Source: an uncultured Candidatus Saccharimonas sp. (GTDB lineage Bacteria > Patescibacteriota > Saccharimonadia > Saccharimonadales > OMJO01). From it: DNA of 64,000 nucleotides. The notes beneath the pieces were generated by a model, which saw only the letters and a program-made list of their open reading frames with translations, was not told the origin of the DNA and ran no database searches. The stretch spans positions 1,716 through 65,715 of the forward strand of contig CALRAM010000002.1 in NCBI GenBank assembly GCA_943353165.1. The letters are read 5' to 3'. The position numbers were made by a program, and so were the translations under genes. Shown one piece after another: positions 18,156 through 24,802 of this stretch; the first letter of the stretch is position 1, and every line of letters begins with the position of its first letter.

Positions 18156-18233
18156 GGATCAATTTCAATTGGTCAGAAAATCCGAACCCATGACAGAAAA
18201 CGGCATTACATATTATTTTGCTAGATATAGCAG
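18156..18233 (+). repeat. 78-nt direct repeat of the folA 3' coding end
   Basis: 18156-18233 matches 17731-17808 with 6 mismatches in 78 nt (hand alignment). It is a non-coding relic located just downstream of the convergent RCC1 gene. Confidence 0.9.
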
Positions 18234-18269
18234 GACAATGAGCTTGGAACGGGTTTTAGAGAGGGGGTG

Positions 18270-19418
18270 CTACCAAACCCGAGTTGGTACGGTCTTGTAA
18301 GTAGTGTTGCCAATACCAAGCTGACCGATATAATTATCTCCCCAACACCACAGAGTCCCATCGGTCTTTGTAGCGCAGGTTTTATCATTCCCCGCGTAAA
18401 CCGATGCAACTCCCGCGATGTATAGCTGCGTTGGTACGTATTTGTTGGTGGTAGTGCCTATACCAAGCTGAGCCCAATTATTTCCTCCCCAACACCACAG
18501 AGTCCCATCGGTCTTTGTAGCGCATGTATGGTAAAGCCCAGCCGATACAGACGATACTCCAGCTATATATAACTGCGTAGGTACGGTCTTGCCAGTAGTG
18601 TTGCCAATGCCAAGCTTACCGGTGCTATTATACCCCCAACACCATAGCGACCCATCAGTCTTTGTAGCGCAGGTATGGTCATCGCCCGCCGACACCGACG
18701 CTACTCCCGCGATATTTACCCGTTTTGGTACATTCGAGGCAGTGGTGTTGCCTATACCAAGTTGTCCATAAGCATTATACCCCCAACACCATAGCGTCCC
18801 ATCGGTCTTTGTAGCGCAGGTATGGCCATATCCCGCCGACACCGAGGCCACTCCCGCGATGTATAGCTGCGTTGGTACGTTTTTGCTAATAGTGCTGTTA
18901 ATGCCAAGCTGACCCTTGTCATTATACCCCCAACACCATAGCGTCCCATCGGTCTTTCTAGCGCAGGTATGGCTATCCCCCGCCGACACCGATGTTACTC
19001 CCGCGATGTATAGCTGGGTCGGTACTCTCTTGCCAGTAGTACTACCAATGCCAAGCTGACCCTTGTCATTATACCCCCAACACCATAGCGACCCATCGGT
19101 CTTTCTAGCGCAGGTATGGCTATCCCCCGCCGACACCGATGTTACTCCCGCGATATTCACCTTCGTTGGTACGGTCTTGTCAGTGGTGCTGCCAATACCA
19201 AGCTGCCCAGAATCATTTTGCCCCCAACACCACAGCGTCTTATCGGACTTTATCTCGCAGGTATGGGCATACCCCCCCGTGGCGGCGTTGCTCCTGGTCA
19301 GCAGGTAAGTACCTATGCCTGCTACGGCAGATACTACTACCACTGCTAGCAGCATCTTTAGTGGAGATGTCTTTCTAAAACTTAGTTTCTTTGTTGATTT
19401 CTTGTTCTTGGTTGCCAT
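18270..19418 (-). CDS. Secreted/anchored RCC1-repeat (seven-bladed beta-propeller) protein
   Basis: Signal anchor MATKNKKSTKKLSFRKTSPLKMLLAVVVVSAVAGIGTYLL, followed by seven units of about 50 aa (HTCA.KTDG.LWCWG.N..GQLGIG.T). The ATG at 19418 has a GGGGAG SD. The track ORF starts at TTG 19436. Confidence 0.85.
   Translation of the reverse strand: MATKNKKSTKKLSFRKTSPLKMLLAVVVVSAVAGIGTYLLTRSNAATGGYAHTCEIKSDKTLWCWGQNDSGQLGIGSTTDKTVPTKVNIAGVTSVSAGDSHTCARKTDGSLWCWGYNDKGQLGIGSTTGKRVPTQLYIAGVTSVSAGDSHTCARKTDGTLWCWGYNDKGQLGINSTISKNVPTQLYIAGVASVSAGYGHTCATKTDGTLWCWGYNAYGQLGIGNTTASNVPKRVNIAGVASVSAGDDHTCATKTDGSLWCWGYNSTGKLGIGNTTGKTVPTQLYIAGVSSVSAGLYHTCATKTDGTLWCWGGNNWAQLGIGTTTNKYVPTQLYIAGVASVYAGNDKTCATKTDGTLWCWGDNYIGQLGIGNTTYKTVPTRVW
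18290..19270 (-). repeat. Intragenic tandem repeats (about 7 x ~150 nt) encoding RCC1 blades
   Basis: CCATCGGTCTTTGTAGCGCAGGT-like strings recur about every 147-150 nt across the gene. Confidence 0.8.
19279..19418 (-). repeat. Shared signal-anchor module, copy 1 (5' end of the RCC1 gene)
   Basis: These 140 nt align colinearly with 20214-20353, with about 13 mismatches clustered at the extreme 5' end. Confidence 0.85.
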
Positions 19419-20353
19419 TACCAGTTTACTCCCCAAATTCCATTGGCACCTGTTGCTTGAACTGGTCCTATAGGTACGTCAGTCGGTTCCCCGAATATAA
19501 CTCTGACTGATCCGTTAGCGTTGTAGTATGAATTACCTCTTTTTACGCCAACATAGTTAGTATCTGTACCTCCAGGTATTTTTGTAACAATAGGTGTGTC
19601 TCCAATGTTGCCAAATCTTTTAGTGGTAACGGTTCCAATTGCATTATTGGTGAGGTTGGTCAGGTAGAATGTAGCATTGTTTGGCCTGTAAACTCCTATG
19701 CTAACTTTGCCATCGCCGTTCCAGTCTCCTACTAAGGGCTTATCTCCGAGATTACCAAATTTGTATGTTTTAGTGCCCGACGTTCCGACACTCAGATAGA
19801 ATGTTTGATTGCTTGGCCTGTAAACTCCAAATTGTGAACTGCCGGAGTTGTCCCAGTCACCGCAAAGTGGTGTATCTCCAGGATTACCGTAAAATACCTC
19901 CCACCCTGATAGGCTGCCTGCGCTGCTGGGCCTTAATGTCCATTTTCCACTGTAAAATGTCCACACATCATAATCAACATCCCAACCCTGCTTATTTGCG
20001 CCGCCAAGAACTTTTTTAGGACAGACAACGATTTGGTTTGAAGATTTGGGTATTGTATAGGTTGTTGAAACTGTCGCATTAAAATAATTAGGCATTCCAT
20101 CAGCTCCAAACCCACCAGTCAGATAATTTCCCCCATCATTGGAATTAAATATTTGACCAGTAGATGGTCTGTATATAGTTAGCGCTCTTGGAATAGGTAT
20201 AGGCCCGCCTATTGTGGCGGCGTTGCTCCTGGTCAGCAGATAAGTACCGATACCTGCTACAGCAGATACTACTACCACTGCTAGCAGCATCTTTAGGGGT
20301 GATGTCTTTCTAAAACTTAGTTTCTTTGTTGATTTCTTTGATTTCTGTGCCAT
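19418..20353 (-). CDS. Secreted/anchored FG-GAP/VCBS-like repeat protein
   Basis: Same N-terminal module (MAQKSKKSTKKLSFRKTSPLKMLLAVVVVSAVAGIGTYLLTRSNAAT) followed by GDWDNSGSSQFGVYRPSNQTFYL and GDWNGDGKVSIGVYRPNNATFYL repeats. Its TAA stop overlaps the ATG of the RCC1 gene by 1 nt (TAATG). Confidence 0.8.
   Translation of the reverse strand: MAQKSKKSTKKLSFRKTSPLKMLLAVVVVSAVAGIGTYLLTRSNAATIGGPIPIPRALTIYRPSTGQIFNSNDGGNYLTGGFGADGMPNYFNATVSTTYTIPKSSNQIVVCPKKVLGGANKQGWDVDYDVWTFYSGKWTLRPSSAGSLSGWEVFYGNPGDTPLCGDWDNSGSSQFGVYRPSNQTFYLSVGTSGTKTYKFGNLGDKPLVGDWNGDGKVSIGVYRPNNATFYLTNLTNNAIGTVTTKRFGNIGDTPIVTKIPGGTDTNYVGVKRGNSYYNANGSVRVIFGEPTDVPIGPVQATGANGIWGVNW
20214..20353 (-). repeat. Shared signal-anchor module, copy 2 (5' end of the FG-GAP-like gene)
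   Basis: See 19279-19418. Confidence 0.85.
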
Positions 20354-20588
20354 TTGTATTGTTTTCCTTTGTATTAGATAACTATTCATTATCAACTATA
20401 ATCACATAACAAAATAAAGCAATAGCGAAATGCAAAACAGGGTGGGGCAGGGAACGGAGATATTGGGCGCGGTCCAGTATTCGGACTGTTGACACAATTT
20501 GGCGGTGTAGTGTACTTTTTATAGTACAATCATATGGACAAGATAGAGTAAGGTAACTTTTTATATTTTAAAAGCAAAGGGGTAAATT

Positions 20589-21377
20589 ATGAGTAACAAA
20601 AAAAATCTAGGTTGGTTGTGGGGCGAAGGTTTGGTCATATTGGTAGGAATAGTAGTATTGGTCGCAGCGCTATTGATAGCCCAGCTGACGGGGAGAGACA
20701 TCATCAGCAGTATCGTAAACCTGAACTCCACCATGATATATGTGCTGGTTGGCGCATTAGTGTTTGCAGAGGCCGCCCTCTTCCTAGGTTTTATAATTCC
20801 CTGCGAGATAGTAGTCATATTTGGCGGTGTGCTGGCTAGCGGTGACCATGTCAATCTGCCTGGGCTGATCGCTGTGGTTGCTATTGCTGCGGTAGTCGGT
20901 GACACGGTAGCTTTCTGGATTGGGCACAAATACGGCGACCGTATCCTGTCTCTTAAACAGCTAAAACACCACAAGTCAGACATAGACCACGACCTAAAGA
21001 TGCTGGAAAAGAGAGGGGCAAAAGCAATGTTTATAGCCCGCTTTGTACCGTTTATGCGGGTGGTTATGCCTGGGCTTGCAGGTGCGTCAAATGTTTCATT
21101 TCGTTCGTTTATATCCACAAACGCTCCAGCTGGGATTGTCTGGGGAGTAGTCCTGACCTTGGTTGGTTGGGTTATCGGCTATTCGTATCATATGGCGTCA
21201 TTGACTGACACTTGGAGCGCGTTGGCGTTGCTGTTGATAATTATATCTGCCACAGCTGTCATATTTTCTAAAATCTGGCGCACCGAAGTCAGCCAAGAGA
21301 GCAATTTTGAAGCAAAAGCCAAAAAAGGCGATGAGCAACTAGCCAAAGAGCTAAAGTCCGTCAAAAACAAGAAATAG
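20589..21377 (+). CDS. DedA/VTT-family membrane protein
   Basis: 262 aa. VFAEAALFLGFIIPCEIVVIFGGVLA and FIARFVPFMRVVMPGLAG motifs are typical of DedA (SNARE-associated) proteins. Charged C-terminal tail. Confidence 0.8.
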   Translation: MSNKKNLGWLWGEGLVILVGIVVLVAALLIAQLTGRDIISSIVNLNSTMIYVLVGALVFAEAALFLGFIIPCEIVVIFGGVLASGDHVNLPGLIAVVAIAAVVGDTVAFWIGHKYGDRILSLKQLKHHKSDIDHDLKMLEKRGAKAMFIARFVPFMRVVMPGLAGASNVSFRSFISTNAPAGIVWGVVLTLVGWVIGYSYHMASLTDTWSALALLLIIISATAVIFSKIWRTEVSQESNFEAKAKKGDEQLAKELKSVKNKK

Positions 21378-21404
21378 CCCAAAACCTGCGGGCATACAAA
21401 ACAA

Positions 21405-21460
21405 CTGTCCAAGGAGGCTCCTTGGAAAAAGGACGGAGCTTGGAAGGATGATGGCAGGGG
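21405..21460 (+). repeat. Repeat R2 copy b
   Basis: CTGTCCAAGGAGGCTCCTTGGAAAAAGGACGGAGCTTGGAAGGATGATGGCAGGGG. Homologous to 17834-17896, which has a 7-nt insertion. Confidence 0.8.
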
Positions 21461-21500
21461 CCATTTTCTGGATAGCGAAGGGACTCGGTCGCAACTAGAA

Positions 21501-22097
21501 TCAGGGCTTCTTTGACTTTAAAGCCAGCCAGTCCGGGACTTCAATAAACCTAATTTCTTCCCAACTATCAATCTCTTCCTCTGTGACATCATAAATTGCT
21601 TGGTACGCAGTCTCCACGCTACCGTGGAGAGCGTCTGAAAAGTCTAGGCCAAGCTTTATTGCTACGCTTTTTAACTCTTTTTCATTTTTTGCTTCAATTT
21701 CTACAAAACTAGGTATCCAGGGCCAAGTGTCTAGTTCTATTTCCGTGCTTCCAAGCTTCCAGCTTTCGCGCTTTGTTTCTTGAAATGATTTTGATTCCAT
21801 ACCGATTGATTCAAGAAAGCTACAGGCCGCATCAAAATTTTCTACAACTACATTTACTTCTTTAGTACCGTGAACAGTTCTATCATTTAGCTGCTTGTAG
21901 CTTAGAGTGATTTTATCTCCTTCGTTTCGAACCCTAACCCAACCCCCGATTTTATATAGCCTTTGATCTGGGAAGTCATAAACCTTACGGGTCATGAGCC
22001 TTTCTTCGGCAATAAGTTTTGCACCAATACTCAGTAGTAGCTTTCGCATTGACACTAAATTTATATCAAGCCATTTTGCTTCAATTTCAGTCTGCAT
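21501..22097 (-). CDS. CYTH-domain protein (triphosphate tunnel metalloenzyme / class IV adenylate cyclase-like), paralog 1
   Basis: 198 aa. N-terminal EIEAKW (ExExK) motif, with later RVR, E.E and EIE strands typical of CYTH. Confidence 0.75.
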   Translation of the reverse strand: MQTEIEAKWLDINLVSMRKLLLSIGAKLIAEERLMTRKVYDFPDQRLYKIGGWVRVRNEGDKITLSYKQLNDRTVHGTKEVNVVVENFDAACSFLESIGMESKSFQETKRESWKLGSTEIELDTWPWIPSFVEIEAKNEKELKSVAIKLGLDFSDALHGSVETAYQAIYDVTEEEIDSWEEIRFIEVPDWLALKSKKP

Positions 22098-22104
22098 TTG
22101 TCTA

Positions 22105-22219
22105 AGTATATCAAAAAACAGAGGTAAATTACTTCTGTCTATGCATCCTTCTACAGGCTCAGGCTTAATAAGCGGATTGGAGGTTTATCCGGCTGTCAGA
22201 ATGACGGCAGGGGCCAGCG
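22105..22219 (-). promoter_or_regulatory. Conserved 115-nt leader upstream of CYTH paralog 1 (terminator-like hairpin plus U-tract)
   Basis: Differs from 22784-22898 at only 3 positions. Minus-sense ACAGAAGT-AATTT-ACCTCTGT followed by TTTTTT lies 15-20 nt before the start codon. Confidence 0.6.
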
Positions 22220-22234
22220 GGGTTGCTATCGCAA

Positions 22235-22783
22235 CTATTTTTCATTCTCCAAAAACTTGTACATAAGCGTGTCATAACCTTCGTGGACCCGTTCTTCTTG
22301 CCCAACTCCGAGCTCCAATAATATACTCCAGAGTTCTGATTGAATAGCATCTACATCTGCTTCGTCATCTGCCAGCTTCTCTACCTCAATAAAAGAGCCT
22401 AGATTATCAACCTCATCTAAGCATATTTCAAGCTTGTTATATTTTGCAGTCCGTCTTTTTTTACAAATCCTTACGCCTAATGTATAGCCAACTCGTTCAA
22501 GCATATCTGACACATCTTTAGCATTTTCAATTATGGTTTCTCGTTCATGGTTATCTCGTGACCTAGTTGAAGCTGTGTACTTCATTGTTAAGATAATTTT
22601 ATTTCCTTGTTTACGGATTCGAAAGATATTCCAATTTGGGTCGTTCTTAGATAATTTAGTTTCATATGTAGTGTCATCTTGAACGGTGGGTTCGCCAAAT
22701 GAAATACCTAGTTCGCTGGCTTTATCAAGTAAATCTTTGATGTTATTAACTCGCGCCTTAACCTCTATTTCTCGCATTACCAT
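22235..22783 (-). CDS. CYTH-domain protein (CyaB-like class IV adenylate cyclase / triphosphatase), paralog 2
   Basis: 182 aa. MREIEVKARV (ExExK), FRIRKQGNKIILTMK, ICLDEVDNLGSFIEVE. Strongly diverged from paralog 1. Confidence 0.75.
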   Translation of the reverse strand: MVMREIEVKARVNNIKDLLDKASELGISFGEPTVQDDTTYETKLSKNDPNWNIFRIRKQGNKIILTMKYTASTRSRDNHERETIIENAKDVSDMLERVGYTLGVRICKKRRTAKYNKLEICLDEVDNLGSFIEVEKLADDEADVDAIQSELWSILLELGVGQEERVHEGYDTLMYKFLENEK

Positions 22784-22898
22784 AGTATATCAAAAAACAG
22801 AGGTAAATTACTTCTGTCTAAGCATCCTTCTACAGGCTCAGGCTTAATAAGCGGATTGGAGGTTTATCTGGCTGTCAGAAAGACGGCAGGGGCCAGCG
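22784..22898 (-). promoter_or_regulatory. Conserved 115-nt leader upstream of CYTH paralog 2
   Basis: Second copy of the leader. It abuts the ATG at 22783, and no minus-strand gene lies upstream for its hairpin to terminate. Confidence 0.6.
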
Positions 22899-22943
22899 TA
22901 GAAAGCTATTGCATTATATTCTCTTTTATGCTATTATATCAAC

Positions 22944-23408
22944 ATGTCATCAGAATTTGCTAAGTCATACCTAGAACAAGTACCTGAACGTTGCAGGAAA
23001 TGTCCTGTTTTAGCTCGTTTTGTTTTTCTATCAGCTAATTCTGATAAATATGCCAGACAGAGTATGGATAATATTGAATTAGTACAGGAGGCAGTACAGA
23101 ATAATCCTGCCCTAGAACCCATTATTGATATTAATAAACTTGGCTTAGTCGAAAATCTTAATCAAAGTACAGATTCTGAATTAGAGTATCTTCGTTTATT
23201 GGCTATAGCTGTTAAGTTTGTAGATGAAAACTGTCCTGGAGCACGTAGAGGTTTTAGTAGAAATGACAGTTTAGGGCAGCAAATTGTCGCACTAGTTGGT
23301 AATGTACGCACTTGCCCTAATCCAAATTTTGCTTCATTGCAAGATGACCCTACTGCTCACTTGCAACTATTACTTGGTAATTGGGACCCTATATCTCAAC
23401 CTGAATAA
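22944..23408 (+). CDS. Hypothetical protein
   Basis: 154-aa ORF with no recognisable motifs, inside the repeat-bounded mosaic. Confidence 0.45.
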   Translation: MSSEFAKSYLEQVPERCRKCPVLARFVFLSANSDKYARQSMDNIELVQEAVQNNPALEPIIDINKLGLVENLNQSTDSELEYLRLLAIAVKFVDENCPGARRGFSRNDSLGQQIVALVGNVRTCPNPNFASLQDDPTAHLQLLLGNWDPISQPE

Positions 23409-23424
23409 ACCGTAGTACACATCT

Positions 23425-23446
23425 TTGGAGGGCCAGCGGGGACTCG
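23425..23446 (-). repeat. 22-nt copy of the tRNA-Lys 3' end (att-like)
   Basis: TTGGAGGGCCAGCGGGGACTCG is identical at 23425, 24331 and 24523 (the last within and adjacent to the intact tRNA-Lys). Confidence 0.9.
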
Positions 23447-23621
23447 ACCTACCTTTGGCAGGCCCGTCGCAACATCTTTGCAAAACCAGTTTGCAAGAGT
23501 TGACTCCCTTGCGACCCGCCACAGGCGGCTCTCACCCGATCACCCTTTTGGCGTGTCAGGAATTCAAATCCAATTAGCTCAACCAATGAAAAAGCCCTAT
23601 CTTGCGATAGGACTGTTTCAT
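23447..23621 (-). repeat. tRNA-Lys-downstream module, decayed copy B
   Basis: Colinear homology to 24353-24523 (for example TTGCGACCCGCCACAGGCGG...TTTTGGCGTGTCAGGAATTCAAATCC versus TTGCGCCCCGCCACAGGCGGGG...TTTTTGGCGTGTCCGGAATTCGAGTCC). Confidence 0.75.
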
Positions 23622-23695
23622 TGGAGGTCCACGGTGGACGAAGTAGCAACTATACTTAACCGAAGTGCTAGACTGAAAGCATGAAGAATGTATTT
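23622..23695 (-). pseudogene. Decayed tRNA-Lys pseudogene
   Basis: TGGAGGTCCACGGTGGACGAAG...CTTAA...GTGCTAGAC aligns block by block with the intact tRNA-Lys (TGGAGGGCCAGCGGGGACTCGAA...CTTAA...GTGCTCTAAC), but the stems no longer pair. It overlaps the start of the 23681 ORF. Confidence 0.5.
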
Positions 23696-24277
23696 GCTGT
23701 AATTGCAGCTATTCTGGCTATTGCAGGTAATTTACCTTATATACGAGATGCGTTTACGAAGCGGGTTAAACCCCATCCTTTTACTTGGCTCGTGTGGACA
23801 ATTGTTTCAGCAATTGTATTATTCGGTCAAATAGTGGAAGGCGCAGGAATCGGAGCGTTACCTACGGCAGTAGCGGGGGCTTTTACTACAATAATATTCC
23901 TATTTTCAATTCAGTATGGCTTCAAATATGTTAAGAAATCAGATAAATACTTTTTAGCTGCTGCCTTACTCGGGATTATCCCTTGGCTCATATTTGATAA
24001 CGCTACTGTTTCAGTAATCATTGCTGTCGCAATCGATTTGATAGCATTTGTACCTACGTTACGTAAAACATACTTTCATCCAGAAACAGAAACACCAATT
24101 CTTTATGGCTCAAATGTATTGAGGCATATATTAACACTGTTTTCTTTGCAGGCATATAATATCGCCACTACACTACATTCAATCTCCATGATCATTACTA
24201 ACTCAACCATGGTCGTACTAACCACAAGTAAAAAAGCACACATAAAAGCACATAAAAACAATACAACTCTCAAATAA
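23681..24277 (+). CDS. Hypothetical integral membrane protein (about 6 TM)
   Basis: 198 aa and hydrophobic throughout. Lies between the two tRNA-Lys modules. Family not recognised. Confidence 0.55.
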   Translation: MKNVFAVIAAILAIAGNLPYIRDAFTKRVKPHPFTWLVWTIVSAIVLFGQIVEGAGIGALPTAVAGAFTTIIFLFSIQYGFKYVKKSDKYFLAAALLGIIPWLIFDNATVSVIIAVAIDLIAFVPTLRKTYFHPETETPILYGSNVLRHILTLFSLQAYNIATTLHSISMIITNSTMVVLTTSKKAHIKAHKNNTTLK

Positions 24278-24330
24278 TTAATTTTTAAGCATACTCCTGC
24301 GCCAAGGCTTCGGAAGCACAGGTAAGCTTA

Positions 24331-24352
24331 TTGGAGGGCCAGCGGGGACTCG
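24331..24352 (-). repeat. 22-nt copy of the tRNA-Lys 3' end (att-like)
   Basis: Identical to 23425-23446 and 24523-24544. Identity breaks inside the T-loop. Confidence 0.9.
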
Positions 24353-24523
24353 CCCACATTCTGCGGGCCCAGAACTTTCATACTTGCAACAAGTGGCAAA
24401 TCTGAAAGATTCTCTTGCGCCCCGCCACAGGCGGGGCTCACCCCGGACACCTTTTTGGCGTGTCCGGAATTCGAGTCCAATGCTGCCAACGAAAAGACCC
24501 CAGGCAAGCTGAGGTCATTTCAT
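24353..24523 (-). repeat. tRNA-Lys-downstream module, copy A (two strong hairpins)
   Basis: Contains CCCCGCC-ACA-GGCGGGG and CCGGACAC-CTTTTTGGC-GTGTCCGG hairpins. Bracketed by the tRNA-Lys 3' end and its 22-nt duplicate. Confidence 0.75.
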
Positions 24524-24600
24524 TGGAGGGCCAGCGGGGACTCGAACCCCGGACACCCTGCTTAAGAGGCAGGTGCTCTAACCAGCTGAGCTACTGGCCC
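24524..24600 (-). tRNA. tRNA-Lys (anticodon CTT), CCA encoded
   Basis: Reverse complement: acceptor GGGCCAG/CTGGCCC, anticodon stem CCTGC/GCAGG with loop CTCTTAA, T-arm CGGGG TTCGAGT CCCCG. Confidence 0.9.
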
Positions 24601-24711
24601 TTAAATTGCGATTTGTTTTTGTAAGGTGCGGTGTGTTTCTGGGGCTATTTTTATTTAGCTGTTCAGAGCACAGGTGTTATTTATATTCTACTCGGCATAG
24701 GATGCCTCGGG

Positions 24712-24729
24712 CAGCTGAGCTACTGGCCC
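24712..24729 (-). repeat. 18-nt copy of the tRNA-Lys 5' end
   Basis: CAGCTGAGCTACTGGCCC is identical to 24583-24600. It sits upstream of the intact gene and has no matching 3' half. Confidence 0.8.
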
Positions 24730-24802
24730 GCAACAATACATACTCTAAACGACCGGTGTTATTTTAGCACAGACCACTGTCATATCAAATGGTTCGATCA
24801 GA

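Noticed and set aside
18290-19270. Regularly spaced ~150-nt repeats that could suggest a CRISPR-like array
   Set aside because: The repeats are in frame inside a long ORF and encode RCC1 propeller blades. There is no short-repeat/unique-spacer organisation and there are no cas genes.
22105-22219. Leader hairpin as merely the terminator of the upstream CYTH-2 gene
   Set aside because: This is only partly rejected. It could serve that role for copy 1. However, the identical hairpin in copy 2 (22784-22898) has no upstream minus-strand gene, so a leader/attenuator role is retained as the working hypothesis.
24353-24523. Possible additional tRNA or tRNA-like gene (GGAATTCGAGTCC resembles a T-arm)
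   Set aside because: No cloverleaf can be drawn. The similarity is explained by the flanking tRNA-Lys fragments and by hairpins unrelated to tRNA structure.
17800-24800. Prophage or ICE carrying an integrase or transposase in the accessory mosaic
   Set aside because: No ORF in this region, or anywhere in the window, shows integrase, transposase, terminase or capsid motifs. Only repeat scars are present.
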